Shown: in pieces, positions 7,934-14,910 of the stretch | Layout of the letters: each line of letters opens with the position of its first letter | Position numbering within the stretch: the stretch's first letter is position 1 | DNA from: Gemmatimonadota bacterium | Lineage (GTDB): Bacteria; Gemmatimonadota; Gemmatimonadetes; Gemmatimonadales; GWC2-71-9 | Direction of reading: 5' to 3' | DNA: 43,407 nucleotides | Assembly (NCBI GenBank): GCA_041482775.1 | Contig: JBGPEJ010000001.1 | Span: 1-43,407 of the forward strand | The notes under the pieces: model-generated | Databases searched by the model: none | Seen by the model: only the letters and a program-made list of their open reading frames with translations | What the model was told of the DNA's origin: nothing | Made by a program: the position numbers and the translations under genes

Positions 7934-9530
7934 GATCGACCGCGGTCTTCAGGAAGGCAATCCCCCCCGAAACGCACGCCAGCGAGTAGCGCCCCGGCGC
8001 CCACTTCTGCCGGGGCAGCAATGGAATCCGCCGGAGGAAGGTGATGGCCCGGCTCCCCTGGGCCAGCGGGAGGGACTGGGGACCGCTGTCGGCCAGCAGC
8101 GTGTTGCGTGCGCCGGTGATGCGGCAGGAGAAGTTGAGCGCGCCGGCGGCCGGGTCGGTGGGATGGTCGAGCAGCGCCGCCACCCACAAGGAGCGGACCT
8201 GCGGCGCCCGGAAGGAAACGTCGGCCACCGCTTCGTCGCCGGGCGGATCGTCACCCCCCTCGTAAATCGCGGAGGCCAGGAACCGGGCGTCCAACTCGGG
8301 GAGGTCCGGCTTCCCCGTCATCTCGAAGCGATCCGTCACCGCGCCCTTGGGCCCGATCCGGCATTCAACCCGGTAGGCGCCGCGCAGCCGCGGTGCATCG
8401 GCCGAGCCGACCGGATCGGTCCCGGCAATCGCCCGGTCCTTTTCGCGCAGGTCACCCTTGATCGGGAAGCCGATGGTCACCCCCGCCGGATCGGTGGCAA
8501 TGCAGGCAAAGGTGGTCGAGTCCCCCGCCGACCGCACCGGCATCACCGCCTCGGCGTAGAGGGTGTCGGCCGAGCCGGCCTCGAAGCTCGCGGCGTAGGC
8601 GGGTGGCGCGGCATCACCGCTCTTCCGCCGGAAGAAGCGGAGCCGGCTTCCCGGCGGCGCCGCGAGGGGAGCGCCGCCGTCGAACACTTCGAAGCTTCCC
8701 GCAGCCATCTTCTCACCGTTGTTCCAGCAGGACACCTGGTAGACGCCCACCGGCCAGTGGCCGGGCGCGCTCCATCCGATCCCCTGGGTGTGGACCGAAC
8801 CGGTCCATCCGGCCGGCACCTGCCGCTCCACCTTGACCGGATGAATACTGTTGTCGGGGAAGACGTACACGCACTCGACGATGAAGCTCACCGGAGTCGC
8901 CACCTGCGGGTAGACCAGCCCGAACTCGGTCTTGATCCAGCCCGCGGTGCGCGCGTCGAACCGGTTCCCGTACTGCCGGATTTCCAGCGGCAGCCGCTCG
9001 GCCAGGCTCTGGAAGAACCGGAGGTGGGTCATCGAGGCGCCCAGGTTCCGGACCGCGGGGGCGTTCTTCACCACCTGAAAGCCGGCGGTCGCCACCACCT
9101 GCCCCTCTTCCAGGCAGGACACCTGGTAGCTCCCTTCGGGCCATTGCCCCCGATCCTGCGAGCCCCAACCGGAGGTGTGATACGAGCCCACCCATCCCGG
9201 CTCGATGGCGCCGTGAATCAGCGGCGTTCGGGGCTTCCCGTCCGGCCCCTCGAAACGGCACTGGACATCGAACTCGGTCCGCTTGGCGGCCTTGGCGTAT
9301 TCGAGCTCGAGCTCCAGGTTGATGAATCGGGTGGTCAGCGCATCGAAGGTGGTGGTGACGACCCGGCTCTTCCGGTCGGGCACGTTGCCGGCGCTCTCGA
9401 AGAACCGGATGGCCACGACGCGCGCCTTGAGGCCGTTGAACGGACCCCGCCCCAGGGTGACGGTGGGCGCCTGGGCAGGGAGCGGCACGGCGGACAGGAG
9501 AAGTACCAGGCTGGTGCGACGGAATCTCAC
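7923..9530 (-). CDS. Secreted protein of unknown family with four tandem ~120-aa repeats
   Basis: The start is GTG at 9530, overlapping the upstream regulator's stop as GTGA. The signal peptide is MRFRRTSLVLLLSAVPLPAQA. Four repeats end in a W-P/A-x-G-x-Y-x-V/L-x-C motif (see findings). Confidence 0.75.
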   Translation of the reverse strand: MRFRRTSLVLLLSAVPLPAQAPTVTLGRGPFNGLKARVVAIRFFESAGNVPDRKSRVVTTTFDALTTRFINLELELEYAKAAKRTEFDVQCRFEGPDGKPRTPLIHGAIEPGWVGSYHTSGWGSQDRGQWPEGSYQVSCLEEGQVVATAGFQVVKNAPAVRNLGASMTHLRFFQSLAERLPLEIRQYGNRFDARTAGWIKTEFGLVYPQVATPVSFIVECVYVFPDNSIHPVKVERQVPAGWTGSVHTQGIGWSAPGHWPVGVYQVSCWNNGEKMAAGSFEVFDGGAPLAAPPGSRLRFFRRKSGDAAPPAYAASFEAGSADTLYAEAVMPVRSAGDSTTFACIATDPAGVTIGFPIKGDLREKDRAIAGTDPVGSADAPRLRGAYRVECRIGPKGAVTDRFEMTGKPDLPELDARFLASAIYEGGDDPPGDEAVADVSFRAPQVRSLWVAALLDHPTDPAAGALNFSCRITGARNTLLADSGPQSLPLAQGSRAITFLRRIPLLPRQKWAPGRYSLACVSGGIAFLKTAVDLTR

Positions 9531-10183
9531 GACCGGGCCTTCCGTTCCTCTTGCTCACTCATGCGGATCAGGATGGCGTAGCGCACCAGACTCCACTCCG
9601 AGTCCATGCCCAGTGCCTTGCGCGCCGCAACGCGGTGGAAGGTCACCGTGTGAGGGCTCACGTTGAGCTCCCGGGCAATATCCGCGGTGCGCTTTCCCTC
9701 CCCCAGCATGCGCACGATCTGGCGCTGCCGGGGAGTGAGCTGCGACAACCCGAAGCCGATATCGGCGGACCCCGCGTAGGTCGCATGCTTGGGGACCAGC
9801 TCGGAGACGAACCGCCGGCCGGCCAGCACTTCCTCCAGCGCGATTTGAAGCTCGGTGATCCCGGCGTCCTTGGGCACGAAGCCGTGCGCCCCCGACTGCA
9901 GCGATGCGTCGGCCATGATCCGGTCGGCATGCATGGTGACGATGATGACCTTGGTCTCCGGCGACTCGACCCGCAGGTCGGCGATGATCTCCAGTCCGCT
10001 CCGGTCCGGAAGGCTCAGGTCGAGGAGCACCGCGTCGGGCTTGAGCTCGAGGCAGGCGGGGAGCACCGCCTCTCCGGTGGTGCAGGTCCCCACGATGTCG
10101 TACTGATCCTGGAGCGCCAGGCGGAGACCCTCCAGCAGCAGCTGGTGGTCGTCCACCAGCAGGAGCCGCGGTCTGGCCGTCAT
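9527..10183 (-). CDS. NarL/LuxR-family response regulator
   Basis: 218 aa. The receiver domain shows LLLVDDHQLLLEGL...AVLLDLSLPDRSG...GAHGFVPKD. The LuxR HTH is LTPRQRQIVRMLGEGKRTADIARELNVSPHTVTFHR. The ATG at 10183 overlaps the kinase stop as ATGA. Confidence 0.9.
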   Translation of the reverse strand: MTARPRLLLVDDHQLLLEGLRLALQDQYDIVGTCTTGEAVLPACLELKPDAVLLDLSLPDRSGLEIIADLRVESPETKVIIVTMHADRIMADASLQSGAHGFVPKDAGITELQIALEEVLAGRRFVSELVPKHATYAGSADIGFGLSQLTPRQRQIVRMLGEGKRTADIARELNVSPHTVTFHRVAARKALGMDSEWSLVRYAILIRMSEQEERKARS

Positions 10184-10944
10184 TTCGGGAACACCGCGCG
10201 CACCGTGGTGCCGCGTCCCGGCCCCGAGGTGATCGTGAGGGTGCCGCCGGCCAGAGTCGCCCGTTCCCGCATCCCGATCAGCCCGAGGCCGTCGCTGGGC
10301 CGCCGCTCCCGGGGCTCGAAGCCCCGGCCCTCGTCGGCCACAACGAGCTCCGCTCCGGATGCTCCCTCGGCCAGTGACAGCCGGGCCTGCTGGGCTCCCG
10401 AGTGGGTGGCGACGTTGCGGAGCGCCTCCTGGGCAATCCGGAACACCGCGAGCGCGCGGTGGGCGTCGAGCTGGGTGGGGCCGTCGGGCAGCCGGGTCTC
10501 GACCTGCACGTGGTAGGCGCGCTCGACCTCGCCGGCCAGGCCGCCCAGGGCGGCGTGCAATCCGCCCCGGTCGATCAGCGCCGGGTGCAGCCGGTGGGCC
10601 AGGCCGCGGAGGAAGACGCCCAGGTCCAGCATTTCCTCCTGGATGGCGCTGACCCGGCCGGACTGCTCGGTGCTCAGCGGCGGCGGGGTGGTGCGGACCT
10701 CGTCGCACTCGCGCCGGATGAGGGCGATGCGCTGCAGTGCGTCGTCGTGCACCTCCCGGGCCACCCAGGCCCGTTCCTCCTCTTGCGCTTCCAGAAGTCG
10801 GTGGGCGTACGCGCGGTGCATTGCCACGTAGCGCCGCTGGTAGATCACCAGCGCGGCGCCGAGGGCGGAGAGGAGGATGGCGACGGCCAGGATCCCGGCG
10901 ACGAACGTCCACCAGAGGGTGGAGGTGGAGGCGGAATCGGGCAC
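10180..10944 (-). CDS. Histidine kinase core (HisKA_3 + HATPase_c); the 5' boundary is uncertain because of a frame break
   Basis: The H-box is AREVHDDALQRIALIRRE, the G1 box VADEGRGF and the G2 box GLGLIGMRERA, preceded by one TM helix (WWTFVAGILAVAILLSALGAALVIY). The coordinate 10944 is a possible GTG start. More likely this is the 3' part of one gene continuing from 11561 in another frame. Confidence 0.7.
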   Translation of the reverse strand: MPDSASTSTLWWTFVAGILAVAILLSALGAALVIYQRRYVAMHRAYAHRLLEAQEEERAWVAREVHDDALQRIALIRRECDEVRTTPPPLSTEQSGRVSAIQEEMLDLGVFLRGLAHRLHPALIDRGGLHAALGGLAGEVERAYHVQVETRLPDGPTQLDAHRALAVFRIAQEALRNVATHSGAQQARLSLAEGASGAELVVADEGRGFEPRERRPSDGLGLIGMRERATLAGGTLTITSGPGRGTTVRAVFPK

Positions 10945-11561
10945 AACATGCCTCGGGCGATGAAGACGAATGCGACGACGTCGACCAGGGATTGGATCTG
11001 GTATGCGGAGGAAACTAGCTCGGAATGTTCCGGGAGGAGAATCCGGGCGATCGGGTGAAGCCCGGCCGAGGATCCGAACCGCAGGCACAACCCGAGGCAG
11101 ACCCAGAACCAATCATTCGCCGCCAAGTTGCCCTCTTCACGTCGAATCCGCACCAGCAGGGTCGTGGCACTCACCGCAAGGAACAGCAGAGCCTTGAGCG
11201 GGCCAGCGACCGGGCTGAAGCTGCTCGTGCCTTCCACGAACACGAGCAGAAGCACCCAGATCACTGCGAATGTGGGGATGGTCAACCGAATCGCTTGTCG
11301 CAGGACTCCGTCGCGATGCCAACAGGACAGGGCGCTCAGCAGCGCCGCCACCTCCAGAGGGGTGGATAGCAACGGCACCCAGTGATTGTTCCGTCGCTCG
11401 AGGGCCAGCGCGAGCATGATCGCATCGGCCGCCAACAGAATAAGGGCCCAGAGCGCAATCCACCGGCGGGCGGTCGGCAGCGACCGCCCGTATCTCAGGG
11501 CCGCGAGAGGCGGAAGCGCCTCCGCCGCCGCTCCGGCGTACAGCTCCCAGGGAAGCGCCAA
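10845..11561 (-). CDS. Polytopic membrane sensor module, probably the 5' part of the histidine kinase in a different frame
   Basis: About six hydrophobic helices (for example WIALWALILLAADAIMLALAL and IPTFAVIWVLLLVFV). The last ~30 residues (PIPPPPPPSGGRSSPGSWPSPSSSPPSAPRW) look like out-of-frame read-through across the kinase TM helix. Confidence 0.6.
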   Translation of the reverse strand: MALPWELYAGAAAEALPPLAALRYGRSLPTARRWIALWALILLAADAIMLALALERRNNHWVPLLSTPLEVAALLSALSCWHRDGVLRQAIRLTIPTFAVIWVLLLVFVEGTSSFSPVAGPLKALLFLAVSATTLLVRIRREEGNLAANDWFWVCLGLCLRFGSSAGLHPIARILLPEHSELVSSAYQIQSLVDVVAFVFIARGMLCPIPPPPPPSGGRSSPGSWPSPSSSPPSAPRW

Positions 11562-11567
11562 GGGCCT

Positions 11568-11882
11568 CTAGGAATTGAGCGGGTTGGCGGTGCCGCAGAA
11601 TGGTGGGCAGTAGAAGTGCTCGTCTAGGAGAACCCCGTTGACCAGATCGTTCCCCGCCTGATCCACTCCGGCCAGAATGACTGTCGGGGCGTTGGTTGCG
11701 TTGCGCCCGAAGTAAAACCGCACCCCGGCAACACCCGGCTGGGCCAGCAGCTCGTCGACCGACTTGCGCAGAAAGAGGCCGCCCTTCACGGCGTCCTTCC
11801 CGGCACTGTCGCGGTGGCTCTTGGTCTGGGCCGCGGCCGCCTCGAGGGGGATCCGATGGTCCTTGGGATTGGGAAGTGGCAT
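11568..11882 (-). CDS. Small hypothetical protein (104 aa; alternative GTG start at 11945 gives 125 aa)
   Basis: The ORF ends 6 nt before the sensor gene start. The sequence MPLPNPKDHRIPLEAAAAQTKSHRDSAGKD...GVRFYFGRNATNAPTVILAGVDQAGNDL...HFYCPPFCG has normal, non-shadow composition. I recognise no family. Confidence 0.55.
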   Translation of the reverse strand: MPLPNPKDHRIPLEAAAAQTKSHRDSAGKDAVKGGLFLRKSVDELLAQPGVAGVRFYFGRNATNAPTVILAGVDQAGNDLVNGVLLDEHFYCPPFCGTANPLNS

Positions 11883-11980
11883 AGCGCGCTCGCTTATGAT
11901 GTGGGAAACCTGCTGAGTGACCGAAAGCGAGGCATAACCTTGCACCCCCGCCGCCGGAGGGCAAGTGGGTCCCTCCCCCT

Positions 11981-12047
11981 ACCTATAACATGTTCTAGGT
12001 ACCTACCTAGAACATGTTATAGGTCGTAGACCTATAACATGTTCTAG
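11981..12047. repeat. Three copies of a 20-bp AT-rich element in forward/reverse/forward orientation (candidate operator array)
   Basis: Copy 1 is ACCTATAACATGTTCTAGGT (11981-12000). Copy 2 (12005-12024), ACCTAGAACATGTTATAGGT, is its exact reverse complement. Copy 3 (12030-12047), ACCTATAACATGTTCTAG, repeats copy 1 over 18 nt. Spacers are 4 and 5 nt. Confidence 0.85.
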
Positions 12048-12102
12048 CTTGTCCCCCCCGGTCGCTCCGCGAGACATTGCCTTGGTCCCGAGGAGGCACT
12101 CA

Positions 12103-12516
12103 TTGCAGTACCCGCCGCATCGCTCCGGTTTGGCCTTCGTCCACGTGGGATTTCCCGTCGTGGGCCCGGGCGAGCGCACCTCGGTCAAGGTTCAGGTCAA
12201 GAACTTGGGCGTGCAGCCCGCGAAGAACGTCACGGTGGCGCTGGCCGACCCCGCCGAGTGGGGCTCCCAGGGCATCGTGATGCAGCACCTGGGCGACCTG
12301 ACCCCCGGGGCCGAGATCGGGGCGGAGCTGGCGCTTCAGTATTCGATTTCCGATGCGTTGCGGCTGGGGTCGCTCACCGTGGCAGTGTTCCCCCGTGACC
12401 AGGCCATCAACTGCGACGAGGGGGATCTTCCCGGCGACCCCGTCCCGCCGATCAGCGGGCGCTGGACCACGGCCGTCCACCCCTCCCGGACCACCCTCCG
12501 CCCCCACTCCGAGTAG
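12103..12516 (+). CDS. Hypothetical protein with a CARDB-like beta-sandwich signature, no signal peptide
   Basis: AGGAGG (12091-12096) lies 6 nt before an in-frame TTG at 12103; the track ORF starts at TTG 12049. GERTSVKVQVKNLGVQPAKNVTVALADP resembles CARDB/DUF11-type domains. A weak hairpin plus T-run follows the ORF. Confidence 0.45.
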   Translation: MQYPPHRSGLAFVHVGFPVVGPGERTSVKVQVKNLGVQPAKNVTVALADPAEWGSQGIVMQHLGDLTPGAEIGAELALQYSISDALRLGSLTVAVFPRDQAINCDEGDLPGDPVPPISGRWTTAVHPSRTTLRPHSE

Positions 12517-12539
12517 TCCCGCCGACACCCTTCCTCCTC

Positions 12540-12560
12540 CCGGCTCTCCGGGTATTTTGA
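12540..12560 (+). terminator. Weak intrinsic terminator candidate
   Basis: CCCGG-CTCT-CCGGG (5-bp stem) is followed by TATTTTG, 24 nt after the stop at 12516. Confidence 0.3.
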
Positions 12561-12593
12561 GGCCGTGGGACGCATCCCCAGGACGTCGCCGGG

Positions 12594-13070
12594 ATGATCG
12601 AGGTCGTGGCCGCCGAGTCTCCCGAGGACCTGGAGGCGGTCCGATTCCTGATCCTGGCCCACGCGTCCGCGCTCCGCGACCACCCCGGATCCGAGACCGT
12701 TCGCGACGATGTCGACCGGCTCCCGGGACCCTACGCCCCGCCGCGGGGGCGGCTCTACTTCGCGCGCCTTGAGGGGATGCTGGCGGGGTGCGTGGCCCTC
12801 CGGCCGCTCGACGCCGAGGTAGCCGAGGTAAAGCGGATGTTCGTGCTGACCGCCGCGAGGCGGAGCGGGGTGGCCCGGGCGCTGATGGAACGGTTCCTCT
12901 CCGACGCCCGACGGATGGGCTATCGTCTGGTGCGCCTGGGCACGCTCCCCGAGATGCTGGCCGCGCAGAGTCTCTATCGCGGGATGGGGTTCGTGGAGAT
13001 CCCCCGTTATCGCCCCGACGAGCTGGTGGACACCGTCTTCTTCGAATGCGATCTTACCGCGCGACAATGA
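12594..13070 (+). CDS. GNAT-family N-acetyltransferase
   Basis: 158 aa. AEVKRMFVLTAARRSGVARALMERFLSDARRMGYRLVRLGT...SLYRGMGF is the acetyl-CoA-binding motif A region. Confidence 0.85.
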   Translation: MIEVVAAESPEDLEAVRFLILAHASALRDHPGSETVRDDVDRLPGPYAPPRGRLYFARLEGMLAGCVALRPLDAEVAEVKRMFVLTAARRSGVARALMERFLSDARRMGYRLVRLGTLPEMLAAQSLYRGMGFVEIPRYRPDELVDTVFFECDLTARQ

Positions 13071-13107
13071 GCGCGCTCACCCGTCCCCGAATCAGGAGAA
13101 AGCAGCC

Positions 13108-13620
13108 ATGAAAGCCCGTGTCGCCACACTGCTCGCACTGATCGCCATTCCCGGCGCTGCCGCCGCCCAGGGGATCTCGGCGATTGCGCCCCTTTATGAG
13201 ATGACCAAGGGGTTCATCGTCAAGTCGGCCGAACAGATGCCGGAGGCCAACTATTCGTTCAAGCCGACTCCGGCGGTCCGGAGCTTCGGCCAGCTCATCG
13301 GCCACGTGGCCAACGCCAGCTACGCCATGTGCTCGACGGCCAAGGGAGAGAAGAGCCCCGCAACCCAGGACTTCGAGAAGACCACCGAAAAGGCCGCCCT
13401 GGTAAAGGCGCTCAACGACGCCTTCGCTTATTGCGACCCGATCTACAAGATGGCCGACTGGGCGTTCTCGGCGCCGGCCGAGCTGTTCGGGATCAAGATG
13501 TCGCGGCTGGGATTCCTGATGCTCAACGTGACCCACGACAACGAGCATTACGGCAACATCGTGACCTACCTGCGGCTCAAGGGGATGGTGCCGCCCTCCA
13601 GCCAGGGCAACGCGCCGTAG
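13108..13620 (+). CDS. DinB-family protein with signal peptide
   Basis: AGGAGA serves as SD. The signal is MKARVATLLALIAIPGAAAAQ. FKPTPAVRSFGQLIGHVA and the C-terminal HDNEHYGNIVTYLRLKG are DinB four-helix-bundle His motifs. It is a paralogue of 24603-25142. Confidence 0.85.
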   Translation: MKARVATLLALIAIPGAAAAQGISAIAPLYEMTKGFIVKSAEQMPEANYSFKPTPAVRSFGQLIGHVANASYAMCSTAKGEKSPATQDFEKTTEKAALVKALNDAFAYCDPIYKMADWAFSAPAELFGIKMSRLGFLMLNVTHDNEHYGNIVTYLRLKGMVPPSSQGNAP

Positions 13621-13621
13621 G

Positions 13622-13637
13622 GCGCTCCCGGGAGCGC
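13622..13637. terminator. 16-bp perfect palindrome between convergent genes
   Basis: GCGCTCCCGGGAGCGC lies between the DinB stop (13620) and the NHL stop (13648). It could form a short bidirectional hairpin. There is no U-tract. Confidence 0.3.
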
Positions 13638-13647
13638 TAGCGGAGGG

Positions 13648-14874
13648 TCACCGCCGGGGCCACGGCACGCCCTGGTTCTTGGTGGTGACCCGCCGCATCC
13701 CCCGATACACGAACTTCTGGACTCGCTTCCCCTCGTAGGTCTCCGTCGTATAGATGTTGCCCTTCGAATCCGTCGCGATGCTGTGCACGGCGAAGAACTG
13801 TCCCGGCTGCCGCCCGCCGTCGCCGAAGCTGGTCAGGATCTCCAGCGACTGCCGGTCGATGATGTACACCCGTTCATTCTTGCCGTCGGCCAAATAGATG
13901 AACTTCTGCTGCGGATCGCGCGAGAAGGCAATGTCCCAGACCGACCCGTCGCCCAGGGTCCGCGGCGCAATCCGTTGCTCCTTCACGAAACTGCCGTCCT
14001 TCTTGAACACCTGGATCCGGTCGTTGGGCCGGTCACAGACGTAGACCAGGCCGTCGTGGCTCGGCTCGGCGCAGTGGACCGGGTTGCGGAACTGCTGGGC
14101 CAGCGGCGCATCGGGGTTGTAGGGGCCCAGGCTCGCGTCCTCCGGCTTGTGCCCGTAGGCGCCCCAGTACCGCTTGATCTTGCCGCTGTCCATGTCGAGA
14201 ACGGCCACCCGCTTGTTGCCGTATCCGTCGGAGACGAACGCTTCGTTGGCCGCCGGATCGAACGAGATCTTGGCTACCCGTCCGAAACTGGTGAGGCTGT
14301 TGCTGTTGGTGGTCTGGTGCGGACTCCCGATTTCCATCAGGAATTTGCCGTCGTGGCTGAACTTGAGGATGAAGGAGTCGATCGTGCCCCGCGGGCAGGC
14401 GGCGCTGGCGGTCGAATCGTTCGGACAGGTGCCGTTGCCGCCGATCCAGATGTTGTCCTTCTGGTCGACCGAAATGCCGTGGTTCGACTCCGGCCAATCG
14501 TGTCCCTCCGCGGGCCCACCCCATGAATTGACCAGATTGCCCTGCGGATCGAATTCGAGAATCGGCGGGGCGGCGGCGCAGCATTCGCCGGTCGGGGGCT
14601 TGGTGTCGAGTCCCGCTTCGGTCCGCGGGGTGAGGGTCGGAAATCCCCGATGGATGATGAAGACGTGGTCCCGGGAATCGACCCCGACCCCGATGGCGGA
14701 GCCCAGAATCCAGTGATTGGGGAGCGGTTTGGGCCAGAGCGGGTCCACCTCGAAGGCCGGGGCCTCGACCACCGGGCCCTGGGTGGCGGCGTCGAGTGCG
14801 GCCTGCCCCACACCGAGCGCCGCGATCAGCGCCACCAGCGAGCCGCCGAACAGCAGGCTCTTCGCGTGCCTCAT
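13648..14874 (-). CDS. NHL-repeat beta-propeller protein (peptidylglycine amidating-lyase-like), secreted
   Basis: I trimmed the 917-aa track ORF to the ATG at 14874 (MRHAKSLLFGGSLVALIAALGVGQA), which has AGGAGG 6 nt upstream. Repeated blades are visible (DHVFIIHRG, DNIWIGGNG, NEAFVSDGYGN, GLVYVCDRPNDRIQVF, KFIYLADGKNERVYI, GNIYTTETYEGKRVQKF). Confidence 0.85.
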   Translation of the reverse strand: MRHAKSLLFGGSLVALIAALGVGQAALDAATQGPVVEAPAFEVDPLWPKPLPNHWILGSAIGVGVDSRDHVFIIHRGFPTLTPRTEAGLDTKPPTGECCAAAPPILEFDPQGNLVNSWGGPAEGHDWPESNHGISVDQKDNIWIGGNGTCPNDSTASAACPRGTIDSFILKFSHDGKFLMEIGSPHQTTNSNSLTSFGRVAKISFDPAANEAFVSDGYGNKRVAVLDMDSGKIKRYWGAYGHKPEDASLGPYNPDAPLAQQFRNPVHCAEPSHDGLVYVCDRPNDRIQVFKKDGSFVKEQRIAPRTLGDGSVWDIAFSRDPQQKFIYLADGKNERVYIIDRQSLEILTSFGDGGRQPGQFFAVHSIATDSKGNIYTTETYEGKRVQKFVYRGMRRVTTKNQGVPWPRR

Positions 14875-14896
14875 GGAGCCCTCCTTGTCGCGAGAG

Positions 14897-14904
14897 AGTA
14901 TAAT
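14897..14904. promoter_or_regulatory. Overlapping face-to-face -10 hexamers in a 36-bp divergent spacer
   Basis: On the plus strand, TATAAT (14899-14904) is followed by 6 nt and then ATG 14911, a leaderless geometry. On the minus strand, TATACT (14902-14897) sits upstream of the AGGAGG and ATG 14874. It is the only AT-rich block in the spacer. Confidence 0.4.
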
Positions 14905-14910
14905 CTCCGC

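Noticed and set aside
11981-12047. CRISPR array or transposon ends as an explanation for the triple repeat
   Set aside because: There are only three copies, in alternating orientation, with 4-5 nt between them, so there are no spacers. No cas, transposase or integrase genes are present and no flanking direct duplications are visible. A MITE-like origin cannot be fully excluded without the whole genome.
12003-12188. 61-aa minus-strand ORF overlapping the repeat array
   Set aside because: It starts inside the palindromic repeats, has no SD and has no protein-like features. It is most likely fortuitous.
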